Of a DNA stretch of 43,488 nt, positions 1-12,200 are shown in pieces. A model generated the notes under the pieces. That model searched no databases, was not told where the DNA came from, and saw only the letters and a program-made list of their open reading frames with translations. The stretch comes from Phoronis australis (taxonomy: Eukaryota; Animalia; Phoronida): NCBI GenBank assembly GCA_002633005.1, contig NMRA01000928.1, positions 1 through 43,488 on the forward strand, written 5' to 3'. A program made the position numbers and the translations under genes. Positions within the stretch are counted from its first letter, which is position 1. Every line of letters starts with the position of its first letter.

Positions 1-1947
1 GCAATATGAACGATTGCGTCTGCAGTAACAGTCACGACCTCCGACCCCGGGCCTTTTTTGGAGAATTATCACCCTCGGGGATAACGCCCTTCGGGCGATA
101 ATTCTCCAAAATCCACTTGGGCTCTAGATAACGGGAGATAACGACTTCGCCATGTAATAATCTATATAAATTAAACGTGGTTATGATGTTAAGTGATGGG
201 ATTGAATTCAGCGCTTTCATTCTCGACTGAGCGCTTTTAAAATTCTTCCGCTCTACAGAATCTTCGATAATTCACTCAGGGCACGTTCCATAAACAATAT
301 TTAGCAGCTGATTGACACGGGGCACACCAGCGATTTCTAAGCCATCTTCACCGAATCATTGGTATATCATGTGATCTCACACGGTCCTTGCAAGCAAGTG
401 CGCTAGATTTCGGATTTGGCGTCAGCTGTCATGGCTGATGCAAACTGGCGTTTACACATATTTAGGGCTGTGAATGGTTAAAATCGCAGTTAATATTTGT
501 CTAACACCCAGGGTGATCCGATACTGATATTTCCTTATTCAGATACGATGTTTTACCGACACTTTAAGTAAAAATCAGTCTATCAGCAAACATGTAAACA
601 ATGGTATCAATTCATTGACCAGATTTTATTTTTATTCACATGTTCAAGGTAAAATCTCAAAAACCCTGTCACAGTTCTGTGAATTATTGCTTCGTTTTTA
701 TCGAACTTTTATTTTTCCATAAAAACATTCTTGTTACTTCTCATACAAATGTGGAACATTTTGCAAACAATTCCTAATCGACTTTTGGAGAACATTGCTC
801 AAAGCACAATGATGTCTAAAAGTTTAAATTAAATCTAATCAATCATTTCCAAGTAACGATGTACCGACGTTAGCCAAACTTGGCCATTTTTCCAGAGTGT
901 GACATAATCTTAAAGAACTTTTGGTGACTAGATATTTTGAGAAAAGTAGCGGTATTTTCAGCCATTTAGCTATTCTATGGTCTTAAACATATGCATTTGT
1001 TCAACTGAACTCAACTATTATTAAAATCTCTTGGTCTGTTTACACAGCTATCTTTTCTATTTACATGTTCACGACGTTTCGGTTGGTCTATTCTCCAGCC
1101 ATCGTCAGGTGTTCCCGCGAGTACGGATATAGGGTACCCTCATGGTGTGATTTTTGTCTGAGGCAGGATTTGAACCCACTACTTCTGAAACTACAAATAA
1201 TTCGCGGAACCGACAAAACTGCTATTTTACCATTAAATACAGTTTCAAAAAACAAAGTGTTAACTGAAAAGTATTTCAACGTTATATGAAGGCAAGCAAT
1301 AAAATATGAAAGTATGTACATTCATGATAACGTACCCTCGCTCTACGTCTATTAGAACTCGGCCATTGAAACCCGCTCGTGGAACTATTTCCGTGAAAAC
1401 GATAGCGCTCTCACAATGCGCTATTCAAGACCACCGGCGTTCTCGTGCCACTTTCTGTTTTAATCACCATACTTCAGCCAGAGCAGATTCGCGTGAAGAG
1501 ATGTCTCATGGGAAAGTCACCCAGCGAATTAAATACGATTATGGAATGTGTAAAAAGCACACAGATACCTCTATTGCCACAGGTCGTTGGTTCGAGGGGG
1601 TCGGGCGTCATGGGTCTTTCAAAATAACACTCCCACAATCCAGTCAAATGGTAATGTGAGTGACTTACCACGCTTGTCACTTTAAGAGTGATCCTTATCA
1701 AGGGAACGCCCTTGTATAACCAGTTTAGAGGGATTGCCACCGCGATTTTGGAAGAGGCCCAAAGGTGAGCACATTCAAGGGCCCAAGTTATTGTTAACCC
1801 GCCGCTGGTGCTAACTACACCAAGGAAACCGCACAGTGTGACAGAATGCCTGTCTTATCTTCATCGGGAGATACAAACAAAACCCACTTACACATTCTCA
1901 ATTGGCTGACATATTTTCAACAGCCCGGTAGTGTCTGGTGGATAGGC

Positions 1948-3091
1948 GTTGACATGTATGCAGATGATACTACTTTGTCTGTTGTGGCCAAGTCGCTGAT
2001 CGCTTGAAAGGACAGTCTCCAGTCTGATCTGGATATGGTTGCTACCTGGTGTACTGATAATAAAATGGTAATTAATGCTGAAAAAACAAAATGTACGAGT
2101 ATTGCCTCAGAGTAACGGCAAAGTAGAAGTAATCTTGAGCTTAACCTTGCTATTTTCAATGTACGCCTCAAATATGTTGACAGTGAAAAGTTATTAGATG
2201 TTACTGTAGACAAGACCCTCAGCTGGTCTAGCCATATTAATGAGACTGGCCAAAATTAGGCAGCGCCTTGGTCTTCTCCGGCGTATATCACCATTTCTTC
2301 CCACAGAAGGGCGCCTGCAACATTTCAGCGCTTTTGTATTCCCTCAGTTAGTTTATTGTGGTACAGTGTGGCCAGGATGCAATGGAAAATTAGTTTCCTC
2401 TTTATTGAAGGCTCAGAAGCAGGCGGCCAGACTTGTTCCAGGTGTGCCTTTTGACACTCTGTCAACTCATATGTTCATCTGACTGGGTTGGCTCTCTGTT
2501 CACAAATATTTTATTTATAGGCGTTTGTGTATGATGCATAGGTACTTTCACGGTACTGTACCGACTTATTTATCTCGTTATCTCGCACTTCTTCGAAATA
2601 GCCACCGAATCAGGCCAAGATTTTGTGCCTCAAACAATTTGGTTTTTTTCCAAACACAGATCTTCGTTTTATTCTAAGTCCTTCTTTATTCAGACCATCC
2701 AACAGTGGAACAATAATAGTCTTAAGGATGCTGACCGTTATGGTAATTTCAGACACCACCTCATCAGTTACCTGTGGTCGTCATAGCTATCCCAACTTTT
2801 TGTCTTTCCAATATATATACCATAAACATTTTATTTATTTATTCATTTATTTATTATATATCTTTAATTCAATTTGTAAATCCAATTTGTAAATACTATT
2901 ATATTTAATGTATCTAATTGTATCTAAATTTAATCTGTTTATCTAACTTAATTTAATTAATCTAATTTCTTGCTGCAGAGGACCATGCTGGATATTAGCC
3001 TTTGGCTAATGCCTATTTTACATTTATTGTATTTTTATCCTCTTTCAATGAAGTTCATTCTTCTTCTTATTATTATTATTATTATTATTAT
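1948..3091 (+). mobile_element. 5'-truncated, degenerate L2/Crack (CR1-group) LINE: RT C-terminal half, 3' UTR and (TTA)n tail
   Basis: Manual translation from 1948 gives VDMYADDTTL...LQSDLDMVATWCTDNKMVINAEKTK...EKLLDVTVDKTLSWSSHIN, then LGLLRRISPFLP...LVYCGTVW...QKQAARLV...LGWLSV...VPTYLS, with stops and frameshifts. It ends in ttcttc(tta)n at about 3060-3091. Confidence 0.85.
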
Positions 3092-3442
3092 AAATAACGT
3101 GACCGCGTGATAATTCACCATAAATTATTTAATTAGGAATTGAAATATTTATTGATAATCCATGTAAATGCATATTTTGTGTATTGGCTACAATTTGTTG
3201 CTTAGTTTGGGAATTCAAGACAAACCGTTCAGTTTACTTCCAACTAGGCCTACATGTACATGGAGGTACCCATCTTGTGACCAATCTTGCCGTCTGGCAG
3301 CCTGAACTATAATTCCAAATAACGTTCCAAGTGAAAACATTCATTGGCGTCAAAGCTTGGAAATACCCAATGGTGTTCATTTTGTATTAATATCAATCTC
3401 ATTACATTCTTCCAATGCTCATCACTGCTTCCACAACTTTAG

Positions 3443-3756
3443 GTCAAGTTCGACAGCAAAAACGAACCTGCATGTTCAACTACAACAGAACACCCCGTGA
3501 CGGTGATGCTAGAAACTTCCAGCAACTTTCATTTGCACCTCAACCCATTGTCGTGTATGACGACGACCTGGATTATGCAATTCTGGAACTAATATACGAC
3601 CCAGATAACCCACTGCCAAAGCCATTGGAAAAGTTTAAAAGGCTCAGAGATGCAAACAAGACAATAAGTTTTGCTGGCCATCCCAAAGGCGAAGCCATGA
3701 ACGTGCAACTGCAATGTTCAGTGGTTCGCACGTCCTGTCAACATTTAATGAAATCG
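3443..3756 (+). CDS. Internal coding exon of a FAM111-like trypsin-2 serine protease (catalytic Asp region)
   Basis: Open frame ...CMFNY...DDDLDYAILEL...TISFAGHPKGEAM...C. Candidate acceptor ctttag at 3437-3442 and a consensus donor GTGAGT at 3757 (phase 0), which matches the phase of the exon at 10191. Confidence 0.8.
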
Positions 3757-4288
3757 GTGAGTTCGGGTTGCAAGATATATTTTTACGTTAACAAATTTTG
3801 CTTTGGCGTGTGTTTACAATCTGTGGACGGATAGAAAATGAAGTAAACGGTCCAGCAAAAATCCTAAATCATGGTACTGGAGTCTTTTGTTGATTCTGCA
3901 CCTCACACACTATTATGCCATGGATAGTAAACTCATGGAAAAGGTGTCTCTAAGATACCCCAGATTCTGCGTATTTACTAAGGGTAACATCAAAAACGGC
4001 TGTGTACCCCTATTGCAATTGTCCCTTTTATTTTTTCGTGAACCATTCTGTGACATTTTATAAGGATATCATGTCTGTCGTCAAATGTTTGTGAGGGCCA
4101 AACCATTGAACTTCTTTTATATGAACACCTTTTTCCGGTAAAATAGACGGTTTTACACAGCGACATAATTTTGTAAGTAGAAGCACATCTTCGTCGGGCA
4201 GGAATGGCAGATTGAAGGACCGCTAACAAGTCTTCACTACAACTGAAGTGCGTGGGTAGAGTCAAGGGGAACAAAATTAAAGTATATT

Positions 4289-4410
4289 GAGAGAGAAAGA
4301 GAAGGAGTGAGGGATCGAGGCAGGCAGGGAGGGAGGAAGGGAGAGGGAGAGGGACAGGGACAGCGACAGGGAGTGGGAGAGGGAGATAGAGAGACAAATA
4401 AAGATGGAGA
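4289..4410. repeat. Polypurine GA-rich low-complexity tract
   Basis: gagagagaaagagaaggag...gggagagggagatagagagac. Confidence 0.85.
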
Positions 4411-5647
4411 ACGAATAACACCTACACAGTACCCTTAGTGGTTTATATGTCACCATCAATGGAATTGATCATAGTGTGTTCTGGAAGGGCAAACTGTTCG
4501 GAAACTGATAGACGGCATTTGATGCACCCACATCCCACATATACATGTATATATGCGTGCATATTGTTGCATATTGTCGTCACTCTGTCGGGCCACTGAG
4601 CGTTATGTTGTTCGAGTTGACAGTTCGATATCTCGAAATCAATGGAAGTATTTTGAGGAGATTTGGCACAAGGATATAGGGCATCATTACGTGCAACTCA
4701 ACAATCTGACTCGCCCGCTGGCGTCAGGGGGCGTGACGTTTTCAGTATTTTGAGGGTGTGATGGCTTTTGGATGATATCTGGAGAACAGATCGACGGATT
4801 TCAATGAAGCTTGACGAAGAAATATGTAAGATCAATGCGCCGGCACCATTTAATTTTCAGGCGAATGCGATTACTTCGGCACATCCTAGTAGCCGTTTTG
4901 TTCTCGGGGGATGCATTTCATCTGTTATTTTTGGGGAATATAGTACTTGATGATATCTTGAGAACCGATTGGCGGATTTCAATAAAAATTGACACAGAAG
5001 TATGTCATGAAAATGCACAAGCACCATTTGATTTTCTTGGCCATGTTGTGTGGCAGTGTTTCCGGGTTTTATGAGGAGAAGTCAACGACCTCAGATTCTA
5101 CTGTGCGACGTGGGAAAATCTCAAATCCCAACGAAATCGACGCTTTGAGTACCAAAGTCGGACAATTAATCCCTCTTAATGGGTTTTAGACTTCGTGCTG
5201 AATTCCAAGTTTTATATTACTGTCATTTTTCCTAGATTCGTTAGCTATGATTCACAGTTGCCCCATTTATTTTAAGAAATCAGCGTATTTACTACAACAG
5301 CAGTCAGCACACATCAAAGACGCGCTTAAGTTATAACATAAAGTAAACGGACAGAAGTTGCAATTGTTCAGCAAAAATCGGGTGAGATCGGTGAAATACG
5401 CGCTACCAGAGAATGTGTTTGTCTGAGCTCCATGTTCATTCGTTGGCGGGAGGAATTGGTAATGAATATCCACTTACGGGGAGGAATAAAAGGATTTCGT
5501 CAGCCGATTTACTTAGTCTTTTTACCGTCTTAATCGGTCACTTTGTATACGGTCGATCTTACCTCGCCAATAGGTGTCTCGTTTACCTGTGAGGAAGGGT
5601 GAAAAACGACGCAGCAACGTCAGTCGTTCTGAAGAGTGTGTGCCGTT

Positions 5648-6019
5648 ATGGTGTGGTGTATCGTTCCCGCTTGCACGAACTATGAATCTGCGAGGAAAGC
5701 GCGTATATCGTTTTTTCGATTTCCTCGATAGCCATTAATGCTTCAAAAGCGGCTCTCTGCAGTGAAGAATGGAAAGCACGCCGTTAATACCAAGTATGAG
5801 GCCGTGGAACCTGCCCATGCGTGTGGCCGTCATCTCGACCACAGTGATTCCACTGACAAATGCTGGCTTACCAAACAGCTCACGCCAGGGCAGAAACAGA
5901 GACTGAAGCTGAAGCCAGATACTGTACTTGGTGTGCTTCTATTCGGAAGGAAGGAGACAAAGAAACACAGGTCAGCTGTTGATCAGTTTTTGATAATGGA
6001 GAATTATAGTTGGCTATGA
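5648..6019 (+). pseudogene. THAP zinc-finger N-terminus of a Kolobok transposase (premature stop, catalytic domain deleted)
   Basis: MVWCIVPACTN...ISFFRFPR*(5729-5731)...ACGRHL...RLKLKPDTV matches the THAP C2CH signature (CxVPxC, FxFP, CxxH, LKxDAVP-like). Confidence 0.78.
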
Positions 6020-6090
6020 AAACATAAACAACTACAATTAGTTTAAGGCATGAGAACATAGCGTTTTACATGAAATGTTTGAAGACTTAC

Positions 6091-6513
6091 ACGCTCGTCA
6101 GGCTTCTGTTTCGACCTCTGGGTATAGGATGTTTTCGCCAGTTCATTTCCCTGCCCTAAAAACGTGGTTAGCACACCTCTTTTTAGATGCGATGCAAAAT
6201 CCGGATGCTCAGTGAGACACATCTGCGCATCTCCAAGAAGGCGTTTCACTTGCGGAATTTCGTGGCAGCAAACGCAAGGGTCAGTCTTTTCCATTATGAT
6301 CGTGCAGTTAGCGCACTGATACCATGACAAGTCATCCAAACGGTTTGCGGAACTCTCCGTACGTTCAGTTGTCAGTGCACGTTCACGCCGCCTCTCTAGT
6401 ATTTCTTGATCAGTGTATTCCGGTTTGAACTAATAGCCTGTGAAACCTAATGATCGACCAGTGAAGTTTTCTTCGGATGAGCACTCGTGTATGTCGGGAA
6501 TGCAAGTTGCCAT
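6091..6513 (-). pseudogene. KolX / P2RX7 intracellular (ballast) Cys-rich domain-like pseudogene, exon 1
   Basis: MAT...GY*FKPEYTDQE...RLDDLSWYQCANC...CVCCHEIPQV...CLTEHPDF, with a GTAAGT donor at 6090-6085 on the minus strand. Confidence 0.78.
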
Positions 6514-8173
6514 GGTGACGTTTATGATTTTGCGTTTTGTTTCAAAATGATTTGTTCTCGCCTTAACCAATGCTTATATAAAACTGAAACAAAGCCTGTC
6601 TCTTAGATATAATTTGTGACGCCTTTGGAGTGTTCGTGAGTGCAAATGTTTTGAGAAGCCAGCAATGAATAAATCATTGCATAACCGGCTTTTGATGCAA
6701 TGAAGGTAATTGATCGGGCACCGAGGCCGTGTGAGCGCATGCTACATCAGAGCTTGCTGACAGAAATCTGATGTAAAACAATAACTTAATTTTATGTCCT
6801 ATGGTCAGATGTTAGGGGAATCCTTGTAGGTATACATATATATTATTTGAATCACTATTACTGTACAACTTTTTCCCTGACGTTTCTGTGGAAGGGGAAA
6901 CTGACTTTGCAGCCCCCCACGAGAAAATATATTTGCAGTTTCGCAACTAATTCACCAAAATAGTCAAATGCACGTTGTTTCTTTGGCTCGTTATTATAGC
7001 CTTTTTGTGGCCTGAAGTCTAGTTTCTAAGTTTGGCTAGTTTATGTTCATGATGCCAGTCCGGCGACGACGGGCCTGATCGGCTTCCGAGCCAGTGGCTG
7101 GGATAGCAACTGTTTTGTGAACTTAGAGCTGAAAAAATCACGTGCCTAAAATGACAACACACAGCTATGTTCTCCTGTTTGTATTTCACGGAAGAATATT
7201 TCGAAATTATCACCGAACACACCCCAAACTCCTGTGAATGATCATGGGCAATTGGTCTACCAAACTTTGTGAGCTACAGTACTTTCAAATACCTATAAAT
7301 CCGTGACAGTGAATTAAAACAACACAGAACAGAACTCGATGAAATTGTAAAGATTTTACATCGAATTTTGATGAATTTAAGCGATACGCCAGTAAGCTTG
7401 TAGTAAACTGCTGAACAGACTGGCTTCGAAACTGTGACGTCATTTGTTACTTTCAACTTCTTTGCCTGTCGCCAGTTGTCAGGTAAAACAACTGGGCTTG
7501 CTGTTATCGAGTGGAACTATTCGATCGCATTTGATACAAAATAGGTTGTGTTTTTGAGTGTCATTCTCCTTTAAGAGGTACGCGTAAGATTCCGAGAATG
7601 GGGCACGGCACGACCGTATAACTTTTTTGTCTACGATTTCTACGTCCGATCGGCAACATCACAATTCAGTTTTCGAAACATCAGATTTGAGTTGGCGACA
7701 TAAGATTTTTGCCAGCTCGCCAAATGCGACTTGACGTTAACCTAAGGTCGAGCAACTGGAACCGATTGAATAATTTCATTGAACGTTGGCATAAAGGTCT
7801 TTCATTTGATATTTTGGTGGATTCAAATACTTCAGCGCCATGTTGTGTTTAAGAGTTTTTGGATTATGTGTAGAGAACTGGTTAAAAGATTTCCATGAAA
7901 GTTAACTCAGAGGTATCTGATGGCAGTGCAATTGCACTCTGTAATTTCTATGCACATTCAATCACTTCAGAATCTGTAGTGGATATTTTGTTTTCGGTAA
8001 GGGATTTGTTGTTTGGAGAAAAGCATTTGTGGATAATATCTAGGGATCCGATTTTTGAATTTCACAAAGTTGAACCATCAGATTGCGCCAGCTCCACTGG
8101 ATTTTCATGCGGATTCAGCTACAGCAGCGCCTACTAATAGCCATTTTGTGCGAGAACGTTTCTGGATGACGTG

Positions 8174-8417
8174 CATGCGCACATCCAAAGGAGGCTCGAT
8201 CGACCCCCCATTTCGCGAAGTGGGCAAAAAAGGTCAATCTCAGAGAAATTAAGTCTCCGAAAAAAGTGGAAAACGCAAGAAAAGTCCTTTTAAAACCAAG
8301 AACCAGCAAAATTCGGGTGATGTACAATTCATTGCTCTGAACATACCAAGTGAATCTTAGTAAAAGGTCCACATTCTCAAAATTTGAGCCCCCGTTTTTA
8401 GGCTGGGAGCGTGCATA
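8174..8417 (+). mobile_element. hAT-like MITE, copy 1 of a ~250-bp family (CATGCGCGCACCC termini)
   Basis: Termini catgcgcacatcc...gggagcgtgcata. The internal cgaagtgggcaaaaa(a)ggtc and gagccc motifs are shared with 11961-12200 and 41531-41792. Confidence 0.65.
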
Positions 8418-10190
8418 ACTGGAGAACCGGTTGAAGGATGTTAGTGAATGTTGCTGAAGGGCTTGGGATATGACAATGTGCCGACATCAATAAATTTTCG
8501 GGCGCATTCAAACGACTGAAGCACCTCCAAGGAAAAGGAGCATTTTAAATGTTGTTTGGAGGAAAAAAACTTTCCAGATGATATCTAGAGAAATGTTAGA
8601 CTGATATCCGAGCGGATTCAACTACATGTAGTAATGCCCTCCATATTTGTTTTTCTGTGAGAGTGTTTCGGGATGATATGTAAAGGAATTCAACGAGAGT
8701 TGACAGACAGATATGTGATGGCAATGCAGCAGCAACATTAAATTTTCGAGCTCATTCGACCACTGCAGCACCTCCTAGTGGGATTTTCAATAGTTGTTTG
8801 GAAGAAGATGTTTGCTGGATGATATCCAGAGGAGTGATTGACGGATTGACACATGTTCATGATGTCAGTGCTCGGGCACAGTATTACTTTGGGCGGATTC
8901 GACCACTATATATTATAGAATAATTGTGGGCTGTCTGGTTGTACGAGATGTGCTCAGGCCAGTCGGTTGGGACCAATGTTATGGAATCCTTTCCAGATAT
9001 CTTGAGACTTGATCAACGGATGTTAATAAAACTTCACACAGAGGTATGTGATATCAATGCTGTGGGACCATTAGATTTTCTGGCAACTTCAGCTGTTTGC
9101 CGGGGTGAATAGCATTTCAGGATGATATCAAGAAAAAAGATTGGTGCATTTGAATGTCACTTAACACAGGTTTGTGATGTCAATGCGCTTCCATCATTAC
9201 ATTTCGTATGGATTCAACTACTTCAGCATCTCCTGTTGGCCCCTAGCATCATATTGTTTGAGGTGCACCGTGGGGGCATATCAACGCCCCAATGTTGCTC
9301 TTGTATACTAACAAAAAACTAGTTGACACTCGTGCGTGAGCCCTTGTCGTTCCAATTGCCCATTCATCTGGTGAGATCAATAGGGCACAAAACTGAGTCG
9401 CAAGCTCGATCATGTCGTCTTGCAGTGTACCTTGTCTCATTAATACAAGTGTTTTAGTTCGTCATTCTTTTAAGTAACTCACTACATAAACAAGCCTAAC
9501 ACAGTGGTTTTGTATTATCATGATAATGCATGTGGATCTTTTTTTAACTTGTATTGACTGTTTGTGTATGGTGGCTTTTAGTGTAGCAAACTATATTGTC
9601 CAATATGGCGCTCGGATTGCCAATAGAACGGACGGAACCAAAATGGGATGGAAATGCAAAAAATGGGAAAAAAGGCGTTTGAAATTAGCGCAATTGTATG
9701 ATTGATTTAATAGCCCGCCATCAAATTGTTGGGAATGCCAGTTTTTGAACTGGAAAATTATGTAATATCAAAGCAGCAGTGTGGAATGAGAGACACTTTC
9801 GGGTGCTACATTTACACGTATGTACGTGTTTACGTGCAATTTAAATTTCTACTTGTTTGTGTGTGCAATCTGGGAACACAAAGCGATAACAAATCCGGCC
9901 TTCCCATCATAACAATTTTTCCGATGTCTCCTACTTCCTTCCCGTTCTCGTCCTTGCTTCCTGTTTCTCGCCCATCCTTCCCATTTTTGTGTGTGTCCCT
10001 CTCATTGACAGTCCGAACCTATTGTGGATGATAAATCCCCAGTAGTTAATGTATTTATGCTTATCAAAATGTCTACCACAATGTTGTTTCAGAAATTTAA
10101 CTTCAAGCACAAATGTAACTAGAAAAGTCTCACAAAACGGTGAGATTAATGAAAACAACATTCTGCATGGATTATTTTGCTTCTTTTCAG

Positions 10191-10523
10191 TACACTGATG
10201 CTGTTAACTGGTCAATGGCTACCTTTCACCTTAACGCGTACCAAGAGCTCCTCGACGAAAATCGTGTTCTTTACCACACAAGCGAAAGGTTCACCAAAGG
10301 CAGCTCCGGCTCTCCTGGACTGATCAGTGACGTCAGAGACAATGCTTGCGTAGCTGCTGTACATGTGTGTCAGTTTCCCGGTGTTCCTTCTGAGTTGATG
10401 ACCCATGTTCCAGAAAAGTACACTGTAGAACAGGGTATTCGGATTGAGGCTATCTACAAACATTTGTTTGAGACGAATGAGGTTTTATGCTCAGAAATAT
10501 TTCCTGAAGGTGAACCTGCGTAG
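10191..10523 (+). CDS. Terminal coding exon of the FAM111-like serine protease (catalytic Ser, GSSGSP)
   Basis: Strong acceptor ttttgcttcttttcag ending at 10190 (phase 0). Translation YTDAV...RVLYHTSERFTKGSSGSPGL...VAAVH...VEQGIRIEAIYKHL...TAG (10521-10523). AATAAA follows at 10665 and 10689. Confidence 0.82.
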   Translation, partial: YTDAVNWSMATFHLNAYQELLDENRVLYHTSERFTKGSSGSPGLISDVRDNACVAAVHVCQFPGVPSELMTHVPEKYTVEQGIRIEAIYKHLFETNEVLCSEIFPEGEPA

Positions 10524-10651
10524 GTTAGTTGACGTTTTCAGACGTGCATAAAACGAGACACCCATTAGCGAGTGACATAGCAAACTAAAAGGAAACTGTA
10601 CCTGTTTTGTTGATTTTATCGCCTGTTGGAAACAGCGGCAACTTGCCTTAA

Positions 10652-11334
10652 AGGTCTACTCACCAATAAATCATTAGCCTCTATACGCAATAAAGGAACA
10701 TAAATATATCCGGATAAAGTTCAACTAAATTCCTGACATTTTATTGTAGCAAATATGCTACGAAACTGACACATAATTCTGACACGAGCTTCGTCCAACT
10801 TTGGCAGAGTCTGACAGTTCTTTCAAAGCATGTCTGCTTTAATTTTGAAAAAAAACACGATACCTGTGGGCGGAGCATATCTCCATGCCCGGTTTCTTTG
10901 TTTTTTTGGTTCTATCCATCTGTCCTGATTCAAGTACGTCCTGGATTCCATGCGTCCCTAGATAACCAAATCTGGATGAAGGATGTCACATGTATTTCCC
11001 GTATTCAGTGTGTCCCAAGACACCTGATGTGCTCTCAAGCAAACAGTCTCAGAATTTTGTGGCTCTTAGAGACACGTCAAAATCGAGGTTTCACTGAACC
11101 TGTTTTAGGTAACGAGTGCTGTTTTGGCGAATCTCAAGAATACCATAGCGATGTGTTATTACGAAGCAAGTCAATAACATTATTCTCGCTAAAAGATATG
11201 CAGATTCGTAATATCCCTCTGGCTAAGTCACGGCGTTAGACAATTGAATCAAGGAATCACACTTAATTAATTTTGAAAAAATGTAATTGTCTGGATGTTT
11301 TGAATATGAGTACTCATTACAGGTAGATTGACCG
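10652..11334. mobile_element. Possible Kolobok-type MITE
   Basis: TTAA|aggtctactcacc ... ggtagattgaccg|TTAA. The imperfect TIR matches at only 8 of 13 positions. Confidence 0.35.
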
Positions 11335-11960
11335 TTAAGTCACTGATTTTATATTAACACTAACGATGAGTTATTTAACTCAATGCTCTCTATTTACACC
11401 CTGATGATTAAAATATGAGAATTGCAGATAAAATGTCGCAAACAGAGGAAAAGAGAAATTAGAGAAAGATGATAAGTTTCAATATTGCTGTATAATAAAC
11501 TTGCATAGAACATTACCATTTTCAAAGTAAACCGAACAGAGTTCGACTGATGTCTGCCAGACTCAGAAATACTTTAAGTCTTGTCACAATGAAATAACCT
11601 TTTAACCCCAGATTGACGAGACATTATTGCGCCCAACCGCTGATTTTTTATTCGTGAAAGACCTACCTCGCTAAATTATCGCGAGTATGACAAAATGCAC
11701 GGAGCAACAGTCGATGTTTATTAAAAATATAACGGTTTACAGACGAATTTCGATGTTCTCCAATGTGTGTTGAAGCTATTGTTTTACGAGTTGGTCAGGT
11801 GGGTAGTTGTAACTGACGGTAAGTGAAACTTCCAAGAGCGGCTCAAAGTCATGCAAAAGTGTAACAGTGCTAGGGTATACTTAGTTCCGTGTTGTATTCA
11901 CATCGTTGTACTGCGGCCTAAACGTGCATATTGTAGGGGAAGATGTATGTTCACTGGATG

Positions 11961-12200
11961 GATGCGCGCACCCAACCTAAAATATAGCGGGCTCAAATTT
12001 TCCAGTATGTGGACCTTTTCCAACAAAAACACAAAAACGGGGTACTACGTTCAGACGTACATGTATGAACTGTGAATTTGCCCCAAGTTCCTATGGACTT
12101 TCGTCTCGTTTTCTCGGACTAGGGCGCTCCTTTTTGCCCATTTCGCCAAATGGGGGGCTTCTTCGAGCTATCCGAGCACCCACTCCTGGGTGCGCGCATG
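11961..12200 (-). mobile_element. hAT-like MITE, copy 2 (inverted)
   Basis: TIR gatgcgcgcaccc...gggtgcgcgcatg. Its reverse complement aligns with the 8174 and 41531 copies. Confidence 0.7.

Larger units (their letters stand above)
5074..7570. mobile_element. Internally deleted Kolobok-type DNA transposon (THAP + KolX, convergent)
   Basis: Right end ...cattctcct|TTAA (7571-7574) and a degenerate left end aggagaa at 5074. It contains a THAP pseudogene (+) and a KolX pseudogene (-). The last ~950 bp are homologous to 39740-40753. The left boundary is uncertain. Confidence 0.7.
4518..9304 (+). mobile_element. Non-autonomous Helentron/HINE (DINE-1/Pearl-like) element with degenerate internal tandem units, interrupted by a Kolobok element and a MITE
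   Basis: 5' tttgatgcaccc...gtgcata motif and a 3' subterminal inverted copy gggggcatatcaa followed by gctcttgt. Recurrent degenerate units (gatgatatctggagaac...gacggatttcaatgaa...gacacaga...tgtgat..caatgc..gcacca) lie at about 4770-5060 and 7755-9240. Confidence 0.55.

Noticed and set aside
1306-1740. Candidate upstream exon carrying the protease catalytic His
   Set aside because: No trypsin-like His motif or convincing splice sites in the plus frames.
3990-4459. Pro/Leu/Ser-rich minus-strand ORFs
   Set aside because: Produced by the GA-rich low-complexity tract.
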